Origin: the human T2T-CHM13v2.0 reference genome, Homo sapiens
Assembly (NCBI RefSeq): GCF_009914755.1
Contig: NC_060928.1
Direction: 5' to 3' (one strand)
DNA: 64,000 nucleotides
Shown here: positions 14,301 through 26,340 of the stretch, in pieces
Position numbering within the stretch: position 1 is the first letter of the stretch
Layout of the letters: each line of letters starts with the position of its first letter
The notes under the pieces: generated by a model
What the model was told of the DNA's origin: nothing
The model's input: the letters and a program-made list of their open reading frames with translations, nothing else
The model's database searches: none
Made by a program: the position numbers and the translations under genes

Positions 14301-15639
14301 ACAATCCTGAGCAAAAAAGAACAAAGTTGGTAGCATCACACTATCTGACTTCAAATTATACTACAGAGCTACAGTAACCCAAACAGCATGGTACTGGCAT
14401 AAAAACAGACACACAGACCAATGGGACAAAATAGAGATCCTAGAAATAAATCCAAATATTTATACCAAACTGATTTTTGACAAAGGTGCCAAGAACACAT
14501 AATGGGGAAGGGACAGTGTCTTCAATAAGCAGTGTTCAGGAAACTGAATATTCGCTTGTAGAATGAAATTAAATCCTTATTCCTCACCATATACAAAAAT
14601 TAACTCAAAATGGATAAAAGACTTAAACATAAAACCCAAAACTATGAATATACTAGAAGAAAACGTAGAAGAAAATCTCCATGACATTGGTTTGGGCAAT
14701 TTTCTGGATATGACCTCAAAAGCACAGGCAACAAAAGTAAAAACAGAGAAATTGAATTGCATCAAACTAAAAAGCTTCTCCACAGCAAAGGAAACAACAG
14801 AGTAAGAAGACAATCTACAGAATGGGAGAAAATATTTGCAAATTACACATCTGATAAGGGGTCAATGGCCAAAATACGTGGGGAATTCAAACAACTCAGT
14901 AGTAAGAAAACAAACAGTTCAATTTAAAAATTAGCAAAAGACTTGAATAGATGTTTCTCAAAAGAAGATATGCAAATGGCCAACAGGTGTATTTTTAAAA
15001 TGCTCAGCATCACTAATCATCAGGGAAATGCAAATCAAAACCAAAATACCACCTCATTCCTGTTAGAAGGGCTACTATCAAAAAGACAAAAGACAAGTGT
15101 TGGAGAGGATGTGAAGAAAAGGGAATCCTTGTACACTGTGAGTGAGAATGCACAACCATCATGGAAAATGGTATGGATGTTCCTCAAAAAACTGAAAATA
15201 GAGCTACCATATGATTCAGTAATCCCACTACCAATCATATATCCAATGGAAATGAAATCAGTATGTCAAATCAATATATCTGCACTCTCACATTTACTGC
15301 AACACCGTTCACAACAGCCAAGATATATCTATCAACAGATGAAAGAATAAAGAAAGCGTGGTATATATACACAATGGAATACTATTCAACCATAAAAAGA
15401 AGGAAATCCTGTCATTTGCAACAACATGGATGGACCTGGAAGACATAACTAAGTGAAATAAGCCAGGCACAGAAATACAAATACTGCCTGTTCTCACCCA
15501 TATGTGAAGTCTAAAAACTTGATCTCATAGAAGTAGAGAGTAGAATGATGGTTACCAGAGGCTGCGATGGTTAGAGGGAAGTGGGTTTGGGGAGATGTTG
15601 GTAAAAGAATAGATATTTACAGTAAGAAAGGGTGAATAG

Positions 15640-15957
15640 GGCCAGATGTGGTGGCTCATGCCTGTAACCCTAGCACTTTGGGAGGCTGAGGTAAGCAGAT
15701 CGCTTGAACTCAGGAGTTCAAGATGAACCTGAGCAACATGGCAAAACCCGATCTCTACAAAAAAAAAAAAAAAAAAAAAAACTAGCCAGACAGGGCACTT
15801 CATGCCTGTAGTCTTAGCTATTCAAGAGGCTGAGGTAGGAGGATCATTTGAGCACAGGAGGTTGAGGTTACAGTGAGCTGTGATTGAGCCACTGTACTCC
15901 AGTCTGGGGGACAAAGACAGACTCTGACTTCAAAAAAAAAAAAGAAGAGAAGAGAAG
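15640..15957 (+). mobile_element. AluJ inserted in the L1MA 3'UTR
   Basis: Dimer with J-type gaggatcatttgagcacaggaggttgagg. TSD agaaagggtgaata / agaaagggtaaata. Confidence 0.9.
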
Positions 15958-16134
15958 AGAAAGGGTAAATAAGCTCAAGAGATCTATCGTACAGCATGGT
16001 GACTACAGTTAATGATGACGTATTTTATTATTGAAAAATGCTAGTGATAGTGAGTGTTAAGTGTTCTCATAACAGAAGTGATAGCTATGTGAGGTAATTC
16101 ATTTGTTTAACCATTCACAATGTATACATACTTC

Positions 16135-16267
16135 CTTTTTTTCTTTTTGTAGAGACGGGGGTCTCACTATGTTAGCCAGACTGGCCTTGAACTCTTGCCC
16201 TCAAGTGAGCCTCCCACCTCATCCTCCTAAAGTGCTGAGATTATAGGCATGAGCCACTGAGCCCAGC
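16135..16267 (-). mobile_element. FLAM (free left Alu monomer) in the L1MA 3'UTR
   Basis: Poly-T followed by a left monomer only. TSD tatacatacttc / tataaatacttc. Confidence 0.85.
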
Positions 16268-17348
16268 TATATATATATAAATACTTCAAAACATCATGTT
16301 GTACATGATAAATACATACAACTTTTTGTCAGTTTTTTTTAAAGTAAATGCTTATCACTGTTTAATTATTGGGTCATCTTTTCCATTTCACCTGATCCCA
16401 GTTTCCAGCATGATCCAGTACTTAAAGATTAATAAAAAATAATAACTCATAACTATTAATGTAAGACAACTTCATGAGCTACTCCTTGAAGATATTTTTC
16501 TCCAATCAAAAGTTCCTTAAATTAAAGGAAAACTCTTTGACAAACTCTTCCCTTAGGTATTTGATTTCTGTCACAAGGCTTTCTCATTTTGTTCACTTTT
16601 GGCCATAAGTTTTCTTCTACTTTTGCCTTTAAAGTGCATTAGTTTCTATAGAAACAAGAATGCCACTAATTTTGGAAAAGCTTAGAAATGTCCAGAACAA
16701 AATGCAGCCTACAGTGAATTCCTGTAATGCTTTGAAATGTGTCTCCTTGTTTGGTTTGGAAAAATCAAAGGATTTCTTAGAAGGCTATTGTGACTACACT
16801 TGTGATATAAATGCATTTGACAAATTATACACCTGGACCCAAAGTATTTTATATGATTCTGATAAAAATATTTCCTGGGAGCGAAAATCTTTCCTTAAAT
16901 TTTGCTACAATGCTTGATTATTTTGAAAAATGGCAGCTGAATTAAAGGCATTGTCTACTTCTGGAGCAAAATGCAACTGTTGTTATTTTGGCCTCACCTG
17001 TGTTTGATTTACTAGCCTGGAAACTTTTTTTTTTAAAGATTCACTGAAATTGGCTCCAAGGAGCCTCAAATCAGAGCCTGTCAGAGATGAGAATGACAAC
17101 AATATGGATGAGAGTACACAGAGACGTCTTGACCAACTGTGTGTCTCTCTCTGGTTTTGGACAAAATGAAATTGACGTTTCCCATCCAATCTTTAGTGAA
17201 ATAGGAGCTCCTAAAGCTCAGATCTAGGATGTCTCTGGGTCCTCAGTAAACTCCCTTAGCTAATCTGAAAGAGAAGACCCTGAATTATTCTAAATGATGA
17301 TGTGTGTGTGGCCTGTCTTTATTGCTGATTGTTAAGGAAGGTGATAAT

Positions 17349-17610
17349 TTATTCATTCACTTGTCAATTATTTACAAGTGCTTGTTACATGTTAGGCAGT
17401 GTTCTAGGTGTTGAGGATACAGCACTTAATAAAAGAGATCAAAATCCCCAATGCTTGGAGCTTACACTCATGCATACATAAGTAAAATAAGTAAAAGAAA
17501 ATATCTGGTATGTTAGATGGTAATACTTGTTATGCATGAAAAAAGGAAAGGAAGGTGTTGTTAGAGTGTTGCAGCAGAGGCTGTAACTTTTGATAGGATG
17601 GTCAGGGTAT
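17349..17610 (-). mobile_element. L2 3' end fragment
   Basis: attcattcac...tgttaggcagtgttctaggtgttgaggatacagca...atgcttggagcttacactc. Confidence 0.75.
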
Positions 17611-17899
17611 TTACCTCCATTATGTTACACACTTCTGGGTTAAAAGGTTACCAGTGTTTTCATTCACAAAAAGCTGTATAGACATATTCAAACCCACTTC
17701 CGGAACACTTCATATAAATTGATGACTTCCTCTACTTTTGATATACTAATTTTCCTAGTTTTAATGATTGTTGAAGTATAGAAATAACAAAGATATTTTC
17801 ATTCTTTATTAAAGTTTCAATGTGGTGTGATCGTTCAATAATTTACTGATTTTACAAATATTTATTGAGTACCTACTATGTGGCAGGCACCATTACAAT

Positions 17900-18380
17900 A
17901 TATTAGTGAGGATGCTTTCGGTGGCATATAAAAATAAACATAACTCAAAACACCTTGAAGATAAAGAAAATGTTTGGGGTCATGTAACTGAAAAGGGCAG
18001 AGATGGGGCTGGCTTCTTCTGGCTGGGTGTCACCCAATGGCTCAACATGTCAAACGTGGAAACTGTTTCCTTGCCATCTGTTTCTCTGCTCTGCTTTCTA
18101 CAGTTTCTGCATCATCCCCTGCTCATCCCAAAATAGCTACTAACAGCTCCCAGAAAGGGTTTATTTGCCTCATAATTCCTAGCAATATTCTGAGATTTAT
18201 TGCAATTGGACCACTTTGGATCACACACATGCTTTTGAGCCAATACCAGGACCAGAAGAAGGAATACAATAATTGGCTTAGCCCAGGCCAGGTGTGTCAT
18301 CCCTGGAACCACATAATCTACAAATGGAAAATGAGTACTGTTGAAAAAGAAGAACTGGGAATGGATGCCAGGAATACAGT
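17900..18380 (-). mobile_element. Old MLT1 (K/L-like) MaLR LTR, preceded by an L2 tail (about 17850-17895)
   Basis: tattagtgaggatgcttt...ggtcatgtaactgaaaag...aattggcttagcccaggccaggtgtgtcatccctggaacc. Confidence 0.6.
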
Positions 18381-19774
18381 GCCACTATATCTGAATTCAG
18401 GATTTAAAGATGAATGAAATTGGCATGATCCCTGCCTTTAAATAAATTTTTTCTAAGTGCGCCTAAATTTTTCCAAACCATTTGTTCATGTTGCTCTTTT
18501 TCTTCTTCTTGCTCATTTTGAGCCCAACAGAAATACAATTTGGGATGGGGATAAACATTGAATAAATATATAAATAAGAATATATGCATGTGATGTGTCT
18601 TCTTGTCCAGAAGCTCAGGTGTGCATGCAGCTAGCTCCATGTGAGCTGGTTGCCTAAAGCTTGTGTTGAGTGGATGTGAGAAGACAATGGACATTTAAGA
18701 CATCACTTTTCCCCACCTTGGACTAAAGCAGAAAGACCTTCTCTAGCTACAAACACTTAACAGGAAGCTGACTCTAGACACTACATAGCAAATTCTCCTG
18801 GACTTTCTTTAGAAAGATGGGAACTGGGGTTGGTCTATGCATTACACTGCACCAAGAACAACGGAGAATTCTGTTTTGCGCAGCCTTAAATCAGTCATAT
18901 AGGCCTTGCAGAGAAAAGCCTGATCTCAGGGGTTGTAGCCAAAAGGGAACTAGGAAAACTCACAAAGGTGATGAGAAGGTACTCAACTGGGGAGGAATGG
19001 CAGGCCAGAAACAAGTCAACAACCAGGTATAGACATTCCTGGCAGAAGAGACTCCAGGAAATGGCTGCCGACAAACAGTGAAATCAGTGACATCAGAATC
19101 CTATGTAGAGTTCCAGGATATTTTGGGGAGCTGTATTTTTGACATCCCCTCAATGCCAAGTGTAGTGATGTTCCCCTCAGTGGTATTAACTTAGATTAAC
19201 CAAACTATTAGTTTTACTGTTATTTAGAGAATGAACCTCAAAACCCACAATTGGTTGCTCAACCTAAAAAAAAAAAAAAAAAAAAAAAAAAACTCCTGCT
19301 ACCCCATAAATAATCGCCAGGCTGTGAAACTAAACAGGAAATGAAAAAGCCTGGTTCATCCCTGGAAAGATGCCACAAATGTGCATTGTCAGAGCTGCCG
19401 TTACAACATGGATCATTGACATGTGGCCAGGTGCCCTGGTTGGTTACCATGCCCTCAGGGACAGAAAATAAGGTACAGTACCTGACTGTGATCTGACTTT
19501 TAGCACTTAACAAACTGAATGGAATCCATGTGGGAGGTAAACTATTGTCTTTGAGCAACAACTTTCAGTGCCCTATCTGATGTCTGCTTTAGTCTTTTTT
19601 CATGTTTTTGAAGCTGAACATTGTTTTAGTGGGAATTTATTCCCACTGAATCATGGGCCAGTTTTTCCTCCCACAGGTACATTTGCTAACTTTGATGTAT
19701 CAGTGAATATATTTATCTTGTGTCACACACTATGTAGATTTCATATGTTCTTCCTTCCTTGGGCTCCTCCAGAT

Positions 19775-19965
19775 AATAACAGCAGTTACCAGATATTGGA
19801 TGTTTTCTATGTGCCCTATCCTGTCCTAAGTGCTTTGCATGGATTATTTTGTTTTATTCTTACCCTAGCTCTAAGATCTATGTACTATGGTTCTTATTTT
19901 TCACATGAGATATCTGAATTTGAGAGTTTAAGTGACTTGCCCAGTGTCACGTCACTAAGAAATAC
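19775..19965 (-). mobile_element. MIR SINE
   Basis: ctatgtgccc...ctaagtgctttgcatggatta...tttaagtgacttgcccagtgtcac. Confidence 0.8.
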
Positions 19966-19986
19966 TTGCTTTGAGGTCATTGCAAT

Positions 19987-20457
19987 TTAAAATCTACAAG
20001 ATTGAGGAGGGCAGCCAAGATGGCCAAATAGGAACAGCTCCGGTCTACAGCTCCCAGCGTGAGTGACACAGAAGATGGGTGATTTCTGCATTTCCATCTG
20101 AGGTACCGGGTTCATTTCACTAGGGAGTGCCAGACAGTGGGTGCAGGACAGTGGGTGCAGCGCACGGTGCACAAGCCGAAGCAGGGTGAGGCATTGCCTC
20201 TCTCGGGAAGCACAAGGGGTCAGGGAGTTCCCTTTCCTAGTCAAAGAAAGGGGTGACAGACGGCACCTGGAAAATCGGGTCACTCCCACCCTAATACTGT
20301 GCTTTTCCAACAGACTTAAAAAACGGCGCACCAGGAGATTATATCCTGCACCTGGCTCAGAGGGTCCTATGCCCACGGAGTCTCGCTGATTGCTAGCACA
20401 GCAGTCTGAGATCAAACAGCAAGGTGGCAGCGAGGCTGGGGGAGGGGTGCCCGCCAT
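19987..20457 (-). CDS. L1 antisense ORF0, open and C-terminally extended (156 aa); putative
   Basis: MAGTPPPASLPPCCLISDCCASNQRDSVGIGPSEPG... matches the primate L1 ORF0 N-terminus. ATG is in GCAATGG context. Translation is unproven. Confidence 0.55.
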   Translation of the reverse strand: MAGTPPPASLPPCCLISDCCASNQRDSVGIGPSEPGAGYNLLVRRFLSLLEKHSIRVGVTRFSRCRLSPLSLTRKGNSLTPCASRERQCLTLLRLVHRALHPLSCTHCLALPSEMNPVPQMEMQKSPIFCVTHAGSCRPELFLFGHLGCPPQSCRF

Positions 20458-21040
20458 TGCCTAGGCTTGCTTAGGTAAACAAAGCAGCTAGAAAGCTCGA
20501 ACTGGGTGGAGCCCACCACAGCTCCAGGAGGCCTGCCTGCCTCTGTAGGCTCCACCTCTGGGGGCAGGGCACTGACAAACAAAAAGACAGCAGTAACCTC
20601 TGCAGACTTAAATGTCCCTGTCTGACAGCTTTGAAGAGAGTAGTGGTTCTTCCAGCACACAGCTGGAGATCTGAGAATGGGCAGACTGCCTCCTCAAGTG
20701 GGTCCCTGGCCCCTGACCCCTGAGCAGCCTAACTGGGAGGCACCCCCGAGTAGGGGCAGACTGACACCTCACACGGCCAGGTACTCCTCTGAGACAAAAC
20801 TTCCAGAAGAACGATCAGACAGCAGCATTTGCGGTTCATGAAAATCCGCTGTTCTGCAGCCACCGCTGCTGATACCCAGGCAAACAGGGTCTGGAGTGGA
20901 CCTCTAGCAAACTCCAACAGACCTGCAGCTGAGGGTCCTGTCTGTTAGAAGGAAAACTAACAAACAGAAAGGATATCCACACCAAAAACCCATCTGTACA
21001 TCACCATCATCAAAGACCAAAAGTAGATAAAACCACAAAG
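20004..21040. promoter_or_regulatory. L1 5'UTR with internal sense and antisense promoters; YY1 motif CAAGATGGCC at about 20016-20025
   Basis: Complete L1PA3-type 5'UTR with many CpGs remaining. Activity is not shown by sequence. Confidence 0.75.
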
Positions 21041-22053
21041 ATGGGGAAAAAACAGAGCCGAAAAACTGGAAACTCTAAAAAGGAGAGCGCCTCTCCTCCT
21101 CCAAAGGAATGCACTTCCTCACCAGCAACGGAACAAAGCTGGACGGAGAATGACTTTGACGAGTTGAGAGAAGAAGGCTTCAGATGATCAAACTACTCCA
21201 AGCTACAGGAGGAAATTCAAATCAAAGGCAAAGAAGTTAAAAACTTTGAAAAAAATTTAGACGAATGTATAACTAGAATAACCAATACAGAGAAGTGCTT
21301 AAAGGAGCTGATGGAGCTGAAAGCCAAGGCTCGAGAACTACGTGAAGAATGCAGAAGCCTCAGGAGCTGATGCGATCAACTGGAAGAAAGGGTATCAGTG
21401 ATGGAAGATCAAATGAATGAAATGAAGAAAGAAGGGAAGTTTACAGAAAAAAGAATAAAAAGAAATGAACAAAGTCTCCAAGATATGTGGGACTATGTGA
21501 AAAGACCAAATCTACGTCTCATTGGTGTACCTGAAAGTGACGGGGAAAATGGAACCAAGTTGGAAAACACTCTGCAGGATATTATCCAGAACTTCCCCAA
21601 TCTAGCAAGGCAGGCCAACATTCAGATTCAGGAAATACAGAGAACGCCACAAAGATACTCCTTGAGAAGAGCAACTCCAAGACACATAATTGTCAGATTC
21701 ACCAAGGTTGAAATCAAGAAAAAATGTTAAGGGCAGCCAGAGAGAAAGGTCGGGTTACCTACAAAGGGAAGCCCATCAGACTAACGGTGGATCTCTCGGC
21801 AGAAACCCTACAAGCCAGAAGAGAGTGGGGGCCAATATTCAACATTCTTAAAGAAAAGAATTTTCAACTCAGAATTTCATTTCCAGCCAAACTAAGCTTC
21901 ATAAGTGAAGGAGAAATAAAAACCTTTACGGACAAGCGAATGCTGAGAGATTTTGTCACCACCAGGCCTGCCTTACAAGAGCTCCTGAAGGAAGCACTAA
22001 ACACGGAAAGGAACAACTGGTACCAGCCACTGCAAAAACATACAAAATTGTAA
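21041..22053 (+). pseudogene. L1 ORF1p remnant
   Basis: atggggaaaaaacag start, in-frame TGA stops from CpG decay and a frameshift near 21720. WDYVKRPNLRLIGVPE and ARREWGPIFNILKEKNFQ motifs. Confidence 0.95.
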
Positions 22054-22116
22054 AAAACATCGACACTATGAGAAAACTGCATCAACTAATGGGCAAAACA
22101 ACCAGCTAGCATCATA

Positions 22117-25100
22117 ATGACACGATCAAATTCACACAAAACAGTATTAACCTGAAATGTAAATGGGCTAAATGCTCCAATTAAAAGACACAGACTGGCA
22201 AATTGGATAGAGTCACAGCCCATCAGTGTGCTGTATTCAGGAGACCCATCTCACGTGCAAAGACACGCATAGGCTCAAAATAAAGGGATGGAGGAATATT
22301 TACCAAGTCTCTGATAAAGTCTCTGATAAAACAGACTTTAAACCAACAAAGATCAAAAGAGACAAAGAAGGGCATTACATAATGATAAAGGGATCAATGC
22401 AGCAAGAAGACCTAACTATCATAAATATACATGCACCCAATACAGGAGCACCCAGATTCATAAAGCAAGTTCTTAGAGACCTACAAAGAGACTTAGACTC
22501 TCACGCAATAATAGTGGGAGACTTTAACACCCCACCGTCAATATTAGACAGGTCAACGAGACAGAAAATTAACAAGGATATTCAGGACTTGAACTCAGCT
22601 CTGGACCAAGCAGACCTAATAAACATCTGCAGAACTCTCCATCAGAAATCAACAGAATATACATTCTTCTCAGCATCTCATCACACTTATTCCAAAATTG
22701 ACCACATAAGTGAAAGTAAAGCACTCCTCAGCAAATGCAAAAGAACAGAAATCATAGCAAACAGTTTCTCAGACCACAGTGCAATCAAATGAGTACTCAA
22801 GATTAAGAAACTCACTCAAAACCACACAACTACATGGAAACTGAACAACCTGCTCTTGAATGACTACTGGATAAATAATAAAATGAAGGCAGAAATAAAG
22901 ATGTTCTTTGAAACCAATGAGAATGAAGACACAATGTACCAGAATCTCTGGGACACATTTAAAGCAGTGTATAGTGGCAAATTTATAGCACTAAATGCCC
23001 ACAAGAGAAAGCAGGAAAGATCTAAAATTGACATTCTAACATCAAAATTAGAAGAACTAGAGAAATAACAGCAAGCAAATTCAAAAGCTAGCAGAAGACA
23101 AGAAATAACTAAGATCAGAGCAGAACTGAAGGAGATAGCGACACGAAAAATCCTTCAAAAAATCAATGAAGCCAGGAGCTGGTTTTTTTGAAAAGATCAA
23201 CAAAATAGATTGACCACTAGCCAGACTAATAAAGAAGAAAAGAGAGAAGAATCAAACAGATCTAATAAAAAATGATATAGGGGATTTCACCATTGATCCC
23301 ACGGAAATACAGTCTACCATCATAGAATACTATAAACACCTCTATGCAAATAAACTAGAAGATCTAGAAGAAATGGATAAGTTCCTGGACACATACACCT
23401 TTCCAAGACTAAACCAGGAAGAAGTCGAATCCCTGAATAGACAAAAACCAGTTCTGAAATTGAGGCAGTAATTAATAGCCTACCAACCAAAGAAAGCCCC
23501 AGACCAGACGGATTCACAGCTGAATTCTACAAGAGGTACAAAAAGGAACTGGTACCTTCTGAAACTATTCCAAACAATAGAAAAAGAGGGACTCCTCCCT
23601 AACTCATTTTATGAGGCCAGGATCATTCTGATACCAAAACCTGGCAAAGACACAACAAAAAAAGAAAATTTCAGGCCAATATTCTTGATGAACATCAATG
23701 CAAAAATCCTCAATAAATTACTGGCAAACCAAATCCAGCAGCACATCAAAAAGCTTATCCACCATGATCAAGTTGGCCTCATCCCTGGGATGCAAGGCTG
23801 GTTCAACATACAAAAATCAATAAATATAATCCATCACATAAACAGAACCAATGACAAAAAACACATGATTATCTCAATAGATGCGGAAAAGGCCTTTAAC
23901 AAAATTCAACATCCCTTCATGCTAAAAACTCTCAATAAACTAGGTATCGATGGAATGTATCTCAAAATAATAAGAACAATTTATGACAAACCCATAGCCA
24001 ATATCATACTGAATGGGCAAAAGCTGGAAGCATTCCCTTTGAAAACTGGCACAAGACAAGGATGCCCTCTCTCACCACCCATATTCAACATAGTATTGGA
24101 AGTTCTGGCCAGGGCAATCAGGCAAGAGAAGGAAATAAAAGGTATTCAGATAGGAAGAGAGGAAGTCAAATTGCCTCTGTTTGCAGATGACATGATTGCT
24201 TATCTAAAAAACCCCATCATCTCAGCTCAAAATCTCCTTAAGCTGATAAGCAACTTCAGCAAAGTCTCAGGATACAAAATCAATGTGCAAAAATTACAAG
24301 CATTCCTATACATCAATAACAGACAGAAAGCCAAATCATGAATGAACTCCCATTCACAACTGCTACTAAGAGAATAAAATACCTAGAAATACAACTTACA
24401 AGGGATGTAAAAGACCTCTTCAAGGAGAATTACAAACCACTGCTCAAGGAGATAAGAGAGGACACAAACAAATGGAAAAACATTCCATGCTCATGGATAG
24501 GAAAAATCAATATCATGAAAATGGCCATACTGCCCAAAGTTATTTATAGATTCAATGCTATGCCCATCAAGCTTCCACTGATTTTCTTCACAGAATTGGA
24601 AAAAACTACTTTAACTTCATATGGAACCAAAAAAGAGCCCGCACAGCCAAGACAATCCTAAGCAAAAAGAATAGAGCTGGAGGCATCACACTACCTGACT
24701 TCAAACTATACTAGAAGGCTACAGTAACCAAAACAGCATGGTAATGGTACCAAAACAGAGATATAGACCAATAGAACAGAACAGAGGCCTCAGAAATAAC
24801 ACCACACATCTACAACCATCTGATCTTTGACAAACCTGACACAACCTGACACAAACAAGCAATGGGGAAAAGATTCCCTATTTAATAAATGGTGTTGGGA
24901 AAACTGGCTAGCCATAAGAAGAAAACTGAAACTGGATACCTTCCTTACACCTTATACAAAAATAAACTCAAGATGGATTAAAGACTTAAATGTAAGACCT
25001 AAAACCATAAAAATCCTAGAAGAAAACCTAGGCAATACCATTTAGGACATAGGCATGGGCAAAAACTTCATGTCTAAAACACCAAAAGCAATGGCAACAA

Positions 25101-25908
25101 AAGCCAAATTGACAAGTGGGATCTTATTAAACTAAAGATCTTCTGCACAGCAAAAGAAACTATCATCAGAGTGAACAGGCAACCTACAGAATGGGAGAAA
25201 ATTTTTGCGATCTATCCATCTGACAAAGGGCTAATATCCAGAATCTACAAAGAACTTAAACAAATTTACAAGAAAAAAACAAACAACCCCATCAAAAAGT
25301 GGGCAAAGGATGTGAACAGACACTTCTCAAAAGAAGACATTTATGCAGCCAACAGACATATGAAAACATGCTCATCATCACTGGTCATCAGAGAAATGCA
25401 CACCAAAACCACAATGAGATACCATCTCACGCCAGTTAGAATAGCAATCATTAAAAAGTCAGGAAACAATAGATGCTGGAGAGGATGTGGAGAAAGAGGA
25501 ACGCTTTTACACTGTTGGTGGGAGTGTAAATTAGTTCAACCATTGTGGTAGACAGTGTGGCAATTCCTCAAGGATCTAGAACTAGAAATACCATTTGACC
25601 CAGCAATCCCATTACTGGTTATATACCCAAAGGATTATAAATCATTCTACTATAAAGACACTGCACACGTATGTTTATTGTGGCACTATTAACAATAACA
25701 AAGACTTGGAACCAACCCAAAGGTCCATCAATGATAGACTGGATAAAGCAAATGTGGCACATATACACCATGGAATACTATGCAGCCATAAAAAAGGATG
25801 AGTTCATGTCCTTTGCAGGGACATGGATGAAGCTGGAAACCACTCAGCAAACTATCACAAGAACAGAAAACCAAACACCGCATGTTCTCACTCATAAGTG
25901 GGAGTTGA
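22117..25908 (+). pseudogene. L1 ORF2p (EN/RT) remnant
   Basis: CCIQETHL, IVGDFNTP, SDHSAIK (EN); [17 protein letters not shown] (RT); [18 protein letters not shown] (Cys-rich). Fragmented by stops and frameshifts. Confidence 0.95.
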
Positions 25909-26340
25909 ACAATGAGAACACATGGACACAGGGAGGCGAATATCACACACCTGGGCCTGTCAGGGGGTAGGGCACTAGGGGAGAGATAGCATTAGAATAA
26001 ATACCTAATGTAGGCGATGGATTGATGGGTGCAGCAAACCACCATGGCACATGTATACCTATGTCACAAAACTGCACATTCTGCACATGTACCCCAGAAC
26101 TTAAAGTATAATTAAAAAAAGAAAAAAAAAAGATATGACAAATTACTTATTATACTGTTAAATGAAAAAAGATTATAAGTGGCACATACAATATGAATTC
26201 AATCTTATTAAAATATATATGTAGACAAAAGAACAAATTATATACTCAAGGATGTTAATCTTAATTTTCTTCTTTGTGCTTTTCCCTGTAATTTCTAAAC
26301 TTTCTGCAATAAACACACCATTTTTACAGTTAAAACAAAA

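Larger units (their letters stand above)
9512..16346 (+). mobile_element. Near full-length, heavily decayed L1MA-type LINE (L1M2-like 5' end, L1MA5-like 3' end)
   Basis: ORF1 remnant (WDDIVKVLKENNCQARMLYPAKLSF), EN remnant (IVGDFNTPLS), RT/C-terminal remnants ([13 protein letters not shown]) and an L1MA 3'UTR. TSD aatacttaccactg (9498-9511) / aatgcttatcactg (16347-16360). Confidence 0.9.
20004..26131 (+). mobile_element. Full-length (6.1 kb) but inactive L1PA LINE, apparently chimeric (L1PA3-type 5' part, L1PA7-type 3' part)
   Basis: 5'UTR begins gcagccaagatggccaaataggaacagctccgg. ORF1 and ORF2 remnants, 3'UTR and poly-A are present. No matching TSD. Confidence 0.97.

Noticed and set aside
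16660-17170. 85-aa ORF and an acceptor-like ttttaaag near 17038
   Set aside because: No recognisable protein similarity and no matching donor; consistent with chance.
19266-19292. Isolated poly(A) run of about 27 nt
   Set aside because: No adjacent retroelement body or TSD, so it is treated as a simple mononucleotide repeat.
19568-19990. 140-aa hydrophobic ORF
   Set aside because: It starts at GTG, its second half is MIR sequence, and it has no recognisable domain.
22226-22792. 188-aa endonuclease-like ORF
   Set aside because: It is an L1 ORF2 APE-domain remnant with an internal deletion and a premature stop.
23685-24341. 218-aa ORF with reverse-transcriptase motifs (GCPLSP, FADD)
   Set aside because: It is a fragment of broken L1 ORF2, not an independent RT gene, retron or DGR-like system.
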